Source: Eledone cirrhosa (taxonomy: Eukaryota). Taken from it: a DNA stretch of 64,000 nt. Each line of letters starts with the position of its first letter. The stretch's first letter is position 1. Under the pieces are notes generated by a model, which was given only the letters and a program-made list of their open reading frames with translations, was not told the DNA's origin and did not search any database. Location: assembly GCA_964016885.1 (NCBI GenBank), contig OZ024742.1, positions 305,288,001-305,352,000 on the forward strand. The letters are read 5' to 3'. A program made the position numbers and the translations under genes. Positions 42,134 to 55,666 of this stretch are shown piece after piece.

Positions 42134-42197
42134 TAGGAAAAGAGTCAGCGCCCCCGACGGCTGAGCTCCGACCGTTTCGACAGCTAGATCCGAACTA
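42134..42197 (-). mobile_element. GGGGTC-family fragment
   Basis: Near-identical to 48596-48655. Confidence 0.75.
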
Positions 42198-42826
42198 AAC
42201 CAGTAGTATATATATTCATACATACATACATATATATATATATGGGAGGGGGTGTATATATGGACCGGATTCTTGCAACTGAACTCTCAAAAAAGGAATT
42301 GCCTCACCGATAAGCTTTTTGGCACTTTCCGTATTCTAAATTTTACTCAACCGTCTAGAATACAATATACTTTCCATGGATGGCATACAACGATATTGAA
42401 CCAGAAGCTGCGTTGTTGCGGAGTGAACCTTGTAATCAAACAACCATGGGCATGTGTCTGTGGTTGTGTTTCTTTCTCCGAGTTATTTCGATGAAAGATA
42501 TAAACATGATTGTCAAACCGAAAGAAACAGTGATATACAATTGTAGTCCCTTCAGATGCTTGTTTTTCATTGTGGTACAGAAACACTTTTGTCTCTCTGA
42601 CCAATAGAAATGCAGTAATAAATCAGAATTTATACTTTGGAAGCCTCTAAGCTCCGAGTATATTATCCACAAATTATATATAGAATAAATAAGCGAGATA
42701 AAACTCATACATTGGACCGAATAGATATTGATGGCCATGTATCTTGCATTGTATTTTCACTGTTTATTCAGGTGAAGAAGAGGATTTCCTAAACAATATC
42801 TATGTAATTTTTTGATTGTATTCAAG

Positions 42827-42928
42827 AAGTTAACTTTGTCTTTCATCCTTACAGGGTCGACAAAATAAAGTACCAGTAATGCACTGGGGTAATTGCTGGC
42901 CTTGTACCAAAAGTAGAAACAATTATTA
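42827..42928 (+). mobile_element. SINE family A, 3' half
   Basis: Matches the family A body and 3' end. Confidence 0.85.
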
Positions 42929-43588
42929 GTGCACGCAAAATAATATAACAGAGAACAATATTGCAAATAACATTTTAAAATATATATAAAATACACACCA
43001 GCACTCATGGCATCCTCTTGTGATTTCACAACAATCCCAGGAGGTGATTGGAGGCTACTGCCCAGATTAAAAAACACAGTTTTTAAGCTATTGGCCACAC
43101 GTTTAGATCTAATTTGAAGAATAAAGTTGCTAAGCATCACATGTAGCGATGATGGTTTGAAATGATAAAGATGCTGAATGGAGTAGAATGGAATTTACGA
43201 GAAAAAAGTCAGCGTTAAAATAGAGGAAATGTGAGAAAAGGAGATTTTTTTCCTCTAATTTATAAGGAAAATGAGTGAAAATGTAGAACTATAGAGTACA
43301 TGTTAGCAACGAAGAGACAGGAACAGAGAGCAAGGAGGAAGGGGTGTAAGTTAAAAAAAAAAGGAGTAGAGTGAGTGAGAGAAAGAGAGCGAGAGAAGTG
43401 GTGGAAGAGAGAAAAAAACGGTGATATTTGGAAAGGAAAAATAAAGTGTTTAAAAAAAGACTAAGAACTGATAGCAGGTAGTAAATTATGTAGATTGGGG
43501 GAATGAGAGGGAGAGACTGAAATAAAATACCTTGATAGATAGGGAGAAAAGGAAATAGTCAGACGGACAGACAGAGAAAGATAGGGAG

Positions 43589-43646
<58 letters not shown>

Positions 43647-43782
43647 CAAGAAACAGAGACGGTAAGAAACTGTGCGACGGACAGAAAAAAAGACAGAAAA
43701 AAGACGAAGAAATGAAGAAGGTAAAAAAAGGAATGAGAAAGACGACTATAACGAGGAAGAGAGAGACATAATGACATAGTGT

Positions 43783-43833
<51 letters not shown>

Positions 43834-44408
43834 GAGAAAAGTTAATAAGAAAATATAAATACTGAAGTCATGTTGATAAAAGGGGAGAGTGAAATAATAG
43901 TCAGATGAGAGGAGAGTTAGAAACCAAGACAGAGAGAAAGAGAGAGGGAGAGAGAGAAAGAGAGAGAAAGATAGGGAGAGAGAAGGGGGAGTGAGAGAGA
44001 AAGATGGGGTGGCAGGAAGAAAGAGATTGAAACGAGCGGAAGAAATAGAGAGAGTGACGAGAGAGAAAGATGAAAAAAGAAACATAGATAATGGAGAGAA
44101 TGTGGGCGATGGAGAATGAATGATTTTAAAGATGGAGAAAGAGAAATAAGTTGATAAAATAAGAGTTAAAGATTGAAGAGGCAAAGAAATAAAACGGGAA
44201 AAAAATAGATTTAAGTAAAAAAAATCGAAGTAAAACAAACGAAAGATTCAAATGGGTTGTAAAAAAATGTATATATACTAACTGAATTAACCACCTACCC
44301 TTATTCCTTTCTTTCTTTGTTACTTTTCTCTCGTAATCTCTTCATATTGTTCTATCCTCAACATAGTCTCTCTCACTCTCACTCACTCTCTCGCCTTTTC
44401 TCTCTGTG

Positions 44409-44458
<50 letters not shown>

Positions 44459-44519
44459 ATACATACAAATTTATATATATATATATACATACATACATAC
44501 AAATTTATATATATATATA

Positions 44520-45128
44520 TGGTGGCTGCCAACTCGTTTTCGAGTACGGCCACTACTTTATATCCATGTAGGAGAACCCCTACCGATGCGCTGAACGAGT
44601 GACTTTTTAGTCCAGCCAGCGACTTGAAAACTCTGGTACAAACACTACACCTGTGACAAATATTGACACATAGTGCTGGGCCCATGGTACCATGTGACGA
44701 CAAGTGCAGAGAGATCTCCAGATATAAAGCAATGCCTGTGCCGTGAAGCTTTTATAGTGAGCAAAGGCACTGCACAAAGCCAGTCCCACTCTCTTAACCA
44801 AGATGATATTTACCAAAAAGAAGAACAAGTCAACATCATTGGATACCATCAGGGTTGCAGGTGTTATATCAGAGTTTTCCATCTCCTAGAATTCTGCCTT
44901 GACAAAGGCTAAGGGGTCATCTCTCCCGGTGATTTTGGATGGCCATTGACTCTTAAGAGCTCCTTTGCCCTTTGACAGGTTTTGTTTTTAGTCCTGCAGG
45001 ATGTCCAAAGTCACCCTCCTCACCAAGAAACCTTGGTGGGGTTACCAGTTTAGTCGCCAACGACCCGACCATGGGTCAGGTTGTACTGGGATACATGTTA
45101 CCAGTAGCACCAACTGGTGACCTGACAT
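44520..45128 (-). mobile_element. Internally deleted RTE (BovB-like) derivative
   Basis: A 5'-UTR-like block is joined to the C-terminal C2H2-type finger HRCSVCTRVFKSLAGLKSH and the 3' end gtactcgaaaacgagttggcagccacc. A fragment of it also occurs at 9682-9741. Confidence 0.7.
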
Positions 45129-45244
45129 AAATATATATATATATATACATACATACATACATACATACAAATTTATATATATATATATATATACATACAA
45201 ATTTATATATATATATATATACATACATACATACATACATACAA

Positions 45245-45284
<40 letters not shown>

Positions 45285-45378
45285 CTCAATCAGGATCTCT
45301 GGAATTCACATCCTGTCAATTTATTTCCTAGCACTTTAAAAATCACTCCGCGCTATTCATTGAACAAAACCAAACAAC

Positions 45379-46155
45379 ATAATAATGGTTTCTTTATCCA
45401 CCACAAAGGGTTTATATTAAGAAAACATTAGGACAACACAGGACAAAACATGGAGTGTGTGTATGTGTGAGTCAGTGTGTGGAGTTTGCGTGTAAACTGA
45501 TTTAGCAGTAATAAAAGAAGGATAACTATAAAAGTTTTAACAATGGGAATTACTCAATAGAGAGGAGACGTTCGAGGGGTGCTCGTGGAACCCACCACCC
45601 CAGAAAAACACGGATACCCTGATTTTTACAGCAAGTGCCCTGTCACAGTTGTCCACCTCTAATCTACAGGACCACACTCTGAGTGGGCCCAACCACTCGG
45701 CTTATGCTTGCCTCTCTCATCCATCTTTCAGCAAACTGGTTGGAAGACAGCACTTCCCCCTCTTTATGATTTTTCTCTTCGGGTGTAACCTGAAAATTTA
45801 ATCAGGGTTTCGACGAAGGGAAAAGTACTTGTCTTCGACCTTTTTCACCATAGCCACTAGACTGATTAAAACAGCCTAACCTTCATGCCTAAAAGAAGGC
45901 GGCGGGACGATTGTCACTATGGACTCAGCTTATAGCCGGATTCGTCCCACTCACAGCAGCAGGTGATCGACATAAACCCACAAGTCAGCAATGTTCATAC
46001 AAAGGACGAGTGCGTGCATGACGGTTTCGCTACCCTGTGCACATCTCAGACAGATCCGGGTAATGAAACTTCCAAGCCTGTAGAGTTTATCTCAAACTGG
46101 CAATGCTCCTTGGTAGCAATGCCAGGCCAAAGATTTCTGGAAATTATCCATTGAT
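45379..46155 (-). mobile_element. Tx1/L1-clade LINE 3' remnant (zf-RVT region plus 3' UTR)
   Basis: MDNFQKSLAWHCYQGALPV*DKLYRLG..CLRCAQGSETVMHALVLC..LW, a CX2CX8HX4C knuckle. The 3' end reads ataaagaaaccattattat. Confidence 0.85.
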
Positions 46156-46437
46156 CCTGGATCGAAGCTCATCCCGAAAAGAGTGGCTAATTGATTTTCG
46201 ACTATGCCCATGAAACAAGTAGATGATAAAAAAATCAGAAAAATGATATTGTTGTTTTAGAAGGTCTACTGAACACGCTGTCTCCGTGATGGATGCTGTT
46301 TTAAGCAGGTCAAATATACACGTAGAATCTCCATTGTTATGTCGTATGTCGAAAATGAAGTTGTGGTAGTGGCATTATCAAAGACTGAAATGTTAATAAC
46401 GTTGTATATGTGATTAGGGTGAGGCTGAAACAGCCAC

Positions 46438-46635
46438 TATGATTTATGACTAAGATGACAACAATATAAATAATGATGACGATGCTAGGTCAGGTAATAC
46501 GGTTTATGACTAAGATAACAAAATATAGGTAATGATGCTGACGCTAGGTCAGGCAATACAGTTTATGACTAAGATAAGAAAATATAGGTAATGATGACAA
46601 TGCTAGGTCAGTCGATATGATTTATGTGTAAGATG
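46438..46635. repeat. Diverged tandem repeat of 59-60 bp, about 3.3 copies
   Basis: tttatgactaagat-like blocks recur at 46443, 46503, 46562 and 46621. Confidence 0.85.
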
Positions 46636-47278
46636 TGTATTGCCGAGTGGCATAATTGGAAGCAGCAATATATAAAAATAAGCAAAAGAAATCAATACAG
46701 AAAGTAAAAAGTAAAACAGACAAGTCAGATCTTGTGAAGTAAACCTTATACCAGTGGAATTATTAGAGCTTCAAATTAGATTCAAACCTTGTATCAGTAC
46801 AAGTGGATTTGTGGAATTGTTAGAGATTCAGATAAATTGCTTGTGGTATCTGTTCCAGTTCTTATTGTTCTGAGTTTAAATCCTGCTGACACAAACAAAT
46901 CCAATTCGATTCTTAGTACATTCTATTATTTTATTTAGGAAATATAATGAAGGAAATATATGGAGAATGTTTATTTGAATTCCTCAACAAAAAACACAAC
47001 TAAGAGAGTAAGGAACAAATATGAATGAAACGTAGTTAGAGTGTTGCGTGAATCAATTTCCTGGACTGGGTAGTGAGAAGACATTTTATTTCACGATGCT
47101 TCAATTCAGTTAGCTGGCAAAAATGTGTTGTTTCTATAATCTAAAGGACCAGCCATCTAACACGTTGAGGACTACATTAAAGATTCACTGGTCTGTATAT
47201 TGGTTTAAATTTTTGAGCAGGTAGATCCGTTGTTTAAAGTACTGGAGAACTCGTCATCGGACACGGTGTGTGTGTGTG

Positions 47279-47369
<91 letters not shown>

Positions 47370-47509
47370 TCTCTATGTATATATGTCTACCTAACTAACT
47401 GCAACTGCATAGGTACCTACTTAGTTAGTTAGTAACCTACCTGCCTACCTACCTATATATCTAACTACCTACACACATATATATATATATATATACACAC
47501 ATAGATACA

Positions 47510-47641
<132 letters not shown>

Positions 47642-48504
47642 TGTGTGTGTGTGTGTGTGTGCTATTATAAACAATACAAAGAAAAATTACGCATGACCAA
47701 ATCTGTGCAAAGAAAGTTAAAAAACAACATGAATTTCAAATTACAAATAATGATGATTGATGAGATAATTTAGGATTAAGACGTCAGATAATGTCATAAT
47801 GACCAATGGGCTTGGAATCCCTTAATAAGCCACAAGTCACTGGAAGAGTCGGGGGAAATCCCTTTAGATATGGCTCTTTATGTTGTGAGTTCAAATAACG
47901 TCGATGTAAATTTATCATCCTCCTGGAGTCGATATAACACACTTTTATTTACATACTGGATGTCGATTTAATCGACCCAACGCCTTCAATTTCTGGCAGT
48001 GTGCATAGATTAGAAACAGCTGTCTTTTGCTATTGCTGTAATAATTTAGTTGGTTCGTTTGAGTACAGAAATAGTAGCAAGGCGATTAATTTTGCAGAGT
48101 CGTCAGACTCTTGACAAATTTTTTCTATGATTTCAGTTCAAATATCACCAAGTTTCAGTTAGCCTTTCATGCTATTGGGGTTGATAAAACAACATGTACC
48201 AGCTCAGTGCTGTTGCAGCATACTCTCCTTCAATGTGTCACATTCTGGATATTACACAGGAGCAAGGCAGGGATGGAAGGTAGAGTGCCGATGTATGATC
48301 GAGATTTCATGGATACCTATAACCCTTACCGAAAACAGTATATATAAACAATCATTCTCGATTGCCAGTGACGGCTGTTGTTAGTTTGAGTTTCCATTCG
48401 AAGTAGTGTTTCCAAATGTGAAAGAAATAGATAATATGGGATTATGATGAAATCTATTAAAACAAATCAGTCCCAATCAGTCAAGGGTATGTGTGTGTGT
48501 GTGT

Positions 48505-48980
48505 GTGTGTGTTTGAATGTGGGGGTGTGTGTGTGTGGTTCGTTTTTATTGGAAGCATGAGCCCTCTCCAAGCATAACTTTATATATATATATATAGGAA
48601 AAGAGTCAAGACCCCGACGGCTGAGCTCCGGCCGTTTCGACAGCTAGATCCGAACGTGTTCGGATCTAGCTGTCGAAACGGTCCTGACTCTTTTCTTATT
48701 ACCCATATGGACCAGATGGACCATAAAGCACCAGAGTACTCGATACTTAAGGTAGTAGAGTGGGTGTAATAGGAAAAGAGTCAGGACCGTTTTCGACAGC
48801 TAGATCCGAACCCGTTCGGATCTAGCTGTCGAAACGGCCGGAGCTCAGCCGTCGGGGTCCTGACTCTTTTCCTATATATGTATGTATATATATATATATA
48901 TATATAAAGTTATGCTTGGAGAGGGGTCATGCTTCCAATAAAAACGAACCACACACACACAAACACACATTCAAACACAC
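48505..48980. mobile_element. Nested palindrome built on GGGGTC-family sequence plus flanking DNA
   Basis: Outer arms at about 48505-48702 and 48766-48980, with inner hairpins centred at about 48656 and 48812. Confidence 0.85.
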
Positions 48981-49034
<54 letters not shown>

Positions 49035-49052
49035 GTAATAATAATAATAGTT

Positions 49053-49103
49053 AGTTTCAGAAGATCCCGTTAAGGGTGAAAGTAGCGATTCTTTGCTTAA
49101 ACT
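49053..49103 (+). ncRNA. Degenerate type I hammerhead
   Basis: AGTTT-CAGAAGA-TCCC-GTTAA-GGGT-GAAA-GTAG..TTGC-TT^AAACT. The 3' half is repeated at 63482-63525. Confidence 0.45.
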
Positions 49104-49119
49104 TTAATCTGTTATTTTA

Positions 49120-49156
<37 letters not shown>

Positions 49157-49686
49157 TAGACATGTGTGTGTGTGTGTGTGTGAACATCGATTTCTAACAT
49201 AGGTAATTAAATCGCCATCTATGTGCTGGATGCTACATAATTTTATAGACACCGAATGGGAGAGACGATCAAGTGTGCAATGTCGGTCTCAACGGTTTGA
49301 TAAAAAACGTAAAGATACGACGCTCTAACGATAATTTCAATCCACTTCGTTTCTTTATTATTAGCTACAGGGAAGACAATATAGTCTGATGTTGTTGCTA
49401 TTATTATTTATTCCCTATTCAGTAATGCTAGGAGCTTGCAATATAGAAAACAACCTCTGATCATGGCATCCCTTCAGTATATCCAGAATTAGATTATGAC
49501 TTATTCCCTCATTCTAAAATAAAGTCGAACTACGTCAGTGATTAGGTTGTAGATGGGCGACGAAGCATTCTGAAATATTATACCATAAATACTATAATAC
49601 ATAGCATCGTATATATTTTAGCTTATAGTATTTGCTATGCTATGAATTATAACATACAGTATCTACTACAACGTATAGTATAATGG

Positions 49687-49745
<59 letters not shown>

Positions 49746-49747
<2 letters not shown>

Positions 49748-50232
49748 AAGTCGGGTAAAATTCCCGAGATCCTTGGACGAGTTCTCTCCAGCGGTCTCTG
49801 TCCCTCATTATCGCTGCCATGTCCTGCGTCTCCAACAGACCAGTGTCTGTCCTTCGGGCATCAACATACGTTAACCTTGGTCTTCCTCTTCTAGTGTGTC
49901 CATGTAGGGGCTCCCAAAGGAGTACTGAGTGCCAATGTCAACTCTGGAATGTCGGTGAGCATGTCCAGCTAACCTCAGTCTCCTCTGTGTCACTTTTGAG
50001 CTGACTTTTGGGATGCTCCCATACAGCTCTGAGTTGGTGACAAATACAGTGAAGGAGGCAGAGGATTTGATGCGGGAGGTTGAGGACTGTGTCGATGAGT
50101 GTGGGGCTGAGAATGAATGAGACTAAAACAAAATATCTGGTAGAGAATGTTGAGAAGCCAGAGGAGATCACTAATGTAGGCGGTAAACCGCTGGAATTGG
50201 TTGAGGCATTCCTGTATTTGGGAGCAAAGATT
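49746..50232 (-). mobile_element. RTE/RTE-X LINE insertion with a 5' inversion
   Basis: Minus strand 50041 to 49746 reads VTNSELYGSIPKVSSKVTQRRLRLAGHAHRH..VLLWEPLHGHTRRGRPRLTYVD..DTG..DRDRW. Plus strand 50040-50232 reads the RT end VGLRMNETKTKYL..LELVEAFLYLGAKI. Confidence 0.88.
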
Positions 50233-50810
50233 ATATATCATATATATATATATATTTATATATATATGATTATAGAAATAAAATAAAACTAAAACTGAAT
50301 GCAGAGATTGGTGAATTTCCAAATTCTGAAAAGAAAAACGAGATACCATTATAATGATGGAATGGAAAGTACAATTCTCGTTTGCAATTATTCAAGAGAA
50401 ATTCACATATTTACTATCGCTGTGTCGAAGCCAGATAAAATGAAAGTATATTTTAATGCTGTTCATAAAATATTCGATATACAATTTTTCCTCCGATTCA
50501 ATTTGAAGTTTAGAATAACAACAATTCTTTTCTAAGGTATCAAATAGTAAATATCTATCATAAAATTTTGGCTTTAGTATATAAGTTTGAAACTTTTAAA
50601 AAGCCATGTTGGAAATAGTAAAATTCTGGAAAAAGCTTTTCTGGAAGTTGGTGAAATGTTACAAGTTTACACTGTAGAAACGAGAGTTTAAACATCTGGC
50701 TGTGTTGTAAGGAAACAATAAAATAAACCAAGCTATTTCTTTAATTGTGAATTACTACGATCACCTGAGCGCAATCTCTCTCTCACCCCTCTCGCACCCC
50801 CTCTCTCTCT

Positions 50811-51034
<224 letters not shown>

Positions 51035-51044
51035 TGGATAATCA

Positions 51045-51545
51045 GAACAAGAGAGAAAGATAAAAGTGTAAAAGCCGGAATCGCTATCTTCAATTCGGTA
51101 TTCGTGCCAAACCTTAGCTGTGGTCATTAATCTTGGGTAACGACCGAAACAATAAGATCGTAAATACAAGCGACCGAAATGGAGGTCCTCCGAAGTATGT
51201 TTGGAGTAACGTTACTCGTTAGAGTACGTAGAGTCACTCCAGGCAGAGCCGTTGCTTCTCGGAATTGTGAGATCACAGCTCCGATACTATGGGCATGTGG
51301 TTAGAATGTCTCAGGAAATAATAGCTGGACAAATAATGCGGGCAAAACCAAACGGCAAGATATCCAGAGGTAGACCCCCGAGCATGATGGTTGGTAAACA
51401 TCGATGAACTTGGCTGGTCTCACAGGGGGATCCAGTTGGAGACGGTTGCTTCTGACAGGACCCGCTGGAAAGAGTGTCTGAAGACTCTGCCCCCAGAACA
51501 CCACTCTACCAGGAATAAGAGGGTGGCCAAGATGGAGAAGAAGAC
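51045..51545 (+). mobile_element. RTE-clade (Expander/Rex3-like) LINE 3' remnant
   Basis: IFNSVFVPNLSCGH*SWVTTETIRS*IQATEMEVLR..EPLLLGIVRSQLRYYGHVVRM..KPNGKISRGRP. Confidence 0.88.
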
Positions 51546-51564
51546 GAAAGAGAAGAATATATAT

Positions 51565-52128
51565 ATATTGTTATGCTTTGGGAGGGTCAAGTTGCCAATA
51601 AGAAACACACGCACCAGTTGCTTTCACTCCAATTTATTATAAATTAAATTTATAAATTTCCGGTTGGTTGTTCATATATTGTCAAAGTTCTTTCGTCACA
51701 CATTCTGTGACCTCACATCAACAACAGCACACATCAACAACAACAACAACACACACACACTCCATGCCTCTCATGACCACCACAATCCCAACATGTGGTG
51801 AGAGGCGTGGAGTGTGTGAGTGTTGTTATTGTTGTTGATGTGTGCTGTTGTTGTTGTTGTTGTTGTTGATGTTTGCTGTTGTTGATGTGAGGTCACAGAA
51901 TGTGTGACGAAAGAACTTTGACAATATATGAACAACGGTCCGGTTATGGAACCAACCAACCGGAAATTTATAAATTCTTAAATTTATAAATTTAATTTAT
52001 AATAATTTGGCAGTGAAAAGCAACTGGTGCGTGCGTTTCTTATTGGCAACACGACACTCCCAAAGCATAACAATATCGGTTTCAACAGACGGTTTCAGAT
52101 AAAGAATCTTGCTAAACAAATTCAGAAA

Positions 52129-52131
<3 letters not shown>
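51565..52131. mobile_element. PLE pLTR foldback (arms 51565-51773 and 51799-52076) plus tail, related to the element at 26511
   Basis: Inverted arms, a degenerate hammerhead GA-GGTCACA..TGTGAC-GAAA at about 51883-51925, and a tail similar to 26563 to 26511. Confidence 0.8.
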
Positions 52132-52194
<63 letters not shown>

Positions 52195-52203
52195 GAATGC
52201 ATG

Positions 52204-52247
<44 letters not shown>

Positions 52248-52362
52248 CATGCATTCATCTGTCTTTCTATATTTCCGCTTGTATACACGAGGCTATAGAA
52301 AAAGTGTAGAAAATTAAAGAGACCATCTACGAGAAAGTGCTTGATAGTTAGATCGATGTATA

Positions 52363-52406
<44 letters not shown>

Positions 52407-53874
52407 ATGCACATACATCTATACGTACATATACGTACATACTTACATATATATGAAGAGAGAGTAGAGAGGGATAATGTGTTTCTAATACGATTGATTA
52501 ACCTAAATTATTCAGCTTCGACAGTAGCAACAACAAGTACAACAATCTCAGTTGTATTCATTGGAGCAGATGTTCCAAATATGTAAAAGGACTCTAACAG
52601 TCACAACAACAATCATCAATATCAAGAAAAACTTCAGCAATGAAATTATCAATGTTTACCTGAATAACAAACAGTAAAGTTTAAAACCACACGCCGCCTA
52701 TGCTTTTCGAAATACCTCTTCTCTATTTTCATAGTAACACCACCAACAACAACCCCATGTTCTCCATCACCATTACCACCACTTCAAAAACCTTCACCAC
52801 TCCCACCACCATCCATCCCACCACTATAACCACCACCACTTACAAACTTCACCACCATCACTCTTCCCAAAACAGCATCTGCCCACGACAAATACCACAA
52901 CCACAAACTATCACTTCGACCACTACTATCTTCCCACCACCACCACTCACCCCAATACCCCCCCCCCCACGACAAACACCCCAACCACAAACTCTACCAC
53001 CTCGACCACTACAACCTTCACCGTCATCTTCCCCGCCACCACCATCCTCTTCAACCCCACCGCCACCACCACACTCATCACGATTAACTGCAGAAATGGC
53101 GGCGATAAAATGTTGTTCAACAGCTCATTAGTGCAGGTTCTCAACATCATAAGACCATCATTGATATAATTATTCTGGTCATCACAACATCATGGCCAAC
53201 ACCGCCACAATTATACTCCCACCCTAACCATCAACTCTGCACACAACACCACTGCAAATATATCTTTATCTTTCAATGCCATCATAATTACCAGCAACAC
53301 CATCATCATCATCACTAGCACCATCCTCACAACTACAATCGTCCTCACCATCAACACATCTTTACCATCATTACCACATCGTTCAAATAGTAATCATTAT
53401 CAACCCTCACCATCAGATTTAAACATACTTATCATCACCACCACCACCAACAACAATGGTATCAACAACGTCGACAACAATTGTATCATCATCAACAACA
53501 TCAACAACAACAAACGTAGCCATGAATATGATGTTTAAACCCTAAGGTCCTTGACCTTATATTTACAAGAAACACGCCGACAGAATCGACAACACCATCA
53601 GTAAATTTCACAAATTGTTAAAGCCTGGTGACGTTTGATATTTCATGCTAACCTTTATAAGCTATCCCTTGATCAGAGGCCTTTACTCGGGGCTAATATA
53701 GATATCTTTCAGGCTTTTGACTTCCAGAGATTCCTCTCGAGACTTTCGTCGTCAAGGGAATGGAATTTGGTTAATTGAATCCTACTGGTATCCTAACATA
53801 GGTTATGAACTAATATATATTGTTGTGCTACTGCAGTCATTTCAACTCTTCTTATTAATAATTGTTTTGTTTCT

Positions 53875-53997
53875 GTCCAGGAACTATGATGAAAAATAAA
53901 CTTTATTTGCTCATTCAATGAGAGTGCTTGGTCAGCCTATGAACCTTTCAGCCAAACCTCGTATATATATATACGAGGTTTGGCTGAAAGATTCATA
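53875..53997. mobile_element. Mariner 3' end plus a second, head-to-head TIR
   Basis: ..aac tat gat gaa aaa taa resembles GDYVEK*. The TIR at 53938-53963 is mirrored at 53972-53997 (tacgaggtttggctgaaa) across (TA)n. Confidence 0.7.
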
Positions 53998-54153
53998 TAT
54001 ATATTAGAAAATAGAATAGCTTTCCACGTATTTTTGACTGAGGATTCTAAACACCATTATCAGGCTAAAATTCCTTTAGTAAAAAAAATACGTTGAAAGC
54101 TATTCTATTTTCTAATTTCAAACCTGCACACTGTTTCAAAACATACTTACTTG

Positions 54154-54232
<79 letters not shown>

Positions 54233-54304
54233 TTGATTAATATTGATTAATTGCTGCTGATTCTAAAGTGTGATATCGTTTATGGTTGTTGTAGTTATTG
54301 TTGG

Positions 54305-54432
54305 TCTTCTTCTTCTTCTTCTTCTTCTTCTTCTTCTTCTTCTTCTTCTTCTTCTTCTTCTTCTTCTTCTTCTTCTTCTTCTTCTTCTTCTTCTTCTTCT
54401 TCTTCTTCTTCTTCTTCTTCTTCTTCTTCTTC
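54305..54432. repeat. (TCT)n microsatellite
   Basis: Seen directly. Confidence 0.98.
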
Positions 54433-54522
54433 TTTAATCAATAAAAATCCCACTGTATGTTTTTTTTATTGTCTCCAATTCCAACCCACCCGTCCCTTCA
54501 ATCTATCTTGTTTCTCATTCTT

Positions 54523-54558
54523 TCTTCTGGTGAAGGACTAGCGTCCGAAACGTTAAGA
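54523..54558 (+). ncRNA. Degenerate minimal PLE hammerhead
   Basis: TCTT-CTGGTGA-A-GGAC-TAGC-GTCC-GAAA-CGTT-AAGA. A relative lies at about 25505-25540. Confidence 0.45.
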
Positions 54559-54639
54559 CCCTTTTCCTACTATTTCAAGCGTTAACCTAATATATTCCTT
54601 TCATATACTTTACCGATTGTGCTGTTATATCTGTTTACC

Positions 54640-54711
<72 letters not shown>

Positions 54712-54871
54712 TATATATATATATATATGTATAGACATACACATCCTGATTTTCATAAGTTTATATATATAAAAACTTAGGAAAATCAGCAAGGAGAGAA
54801 AATGACAACGAACGATAACAAGTCAAAACGAAAAACAATTTTTTTTAAGAAGAAACCTTAAATTATATATA

Positions 54872-55022
54872 TAATTGGTTTGGGATGCTTAAAGCGTCCG
54901 TATGCAGTAGGCCGTTTGAACACTCGATGCTCTTACAGAGCAGAGTATAATATCACATAATTCTAATATGTCTAATAAATTTTAATTCGTCGCACCACTG
55001 ATTCTTCGTTTCTTATGAGATA
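54872..55022. mobile_element. Rearranged mini-PLE related to 31845-31980
   Basis: 54872-54956 is the reverse complement of the tail at about 31899-31980. 54966-55022 is a plus-strand copy of about 31846-31903. Confidence 0.75.
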
Positions 55023-55091
55023 TATATATATATATTATTCAAAATATTAACAAATGAAAGATATTCACATAATCAGAATATATACTATATT

Positions 55092-55156
55092 ATAATATTA
55101 TATATATTTCAAAGGTACTGTGTTTTTTTTTTCAGTACGTCCTCATCAGATAAAAT
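55092..55156 (-). ncRNA. Type I hammerhead ribozyme
   Basis: ATTTTAT-CTGATGA-GGACGTACTG-A-rich loop-CAGTACCTTT-GAAA-TATATA-TA^AT.. The 3' strand of stem I is partly degraded. Confidence 0.65.
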
Positions 55157-55271
55157 ATATGACATACCGCTACGGTCTTGATTTTACAATTCCAGTATTG
55201 GCAGATATTGACTGCCAATACTGGAATTGTATAATCAAGACCGTAGCGGTTTATCATATATCAAATCATAC

Positions 55272-55337
55272 ATTTTATCTGATGAGGACGTACTGAAAAA
55301 AAAACAACACAGTACCTTTGAAATATATATAATAAAG
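55272..55337 (+). ncRNA. Type I hammerhead ribozyme
   Basis: ATTTTAT-CTGATGA-GGACGTACTG..CAGTACCTTT-GAAA-TATATA-TA^ATAAAG. Confidence 0.8.
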
Positions 55338-55477
55338 CATATATTTTGATTATGTGAATATCTTTCATTTGTTAATATTTTGAATAATATAAAAAACTCC
55401 AGGAAAACTTATACTGTTGAGTGCTTTTAATCTATTGTAAAATTGTATTCATTGAGTAATCAACGAACCATATTAAT

Positions 55478-55666
55478 TGTTTCTACTTTTGGCACAAGGC
55501 CAGCAATTACCCAGTGCATTACTGGTACTTTATTTTATCGACCCCGTAAGGATGAAAGGCAAAGTCAACCTCGGCGGGATTTGAACTCAGATCGTAAAGG
55601 GACGTAACTATGCTGAAAAGCTTGGCGTCCGACCCTCTACCGATACTGCCAATCCACCGCCCTTAT
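55478..55666 (-). mobile_element. Full-length SINE family A with an 18-bp TSD
   Basis: tcaacgaaccatattaat at 55460-55477 and 55667-55684. Confidence 0.93.

Noticed and set aside
52700-53131. Pro/Thr-rich mucin- or extensin-like ORF
   Set aside because: It is a degenerate (CCA/CAA)n low-complexity tract like others in the window.
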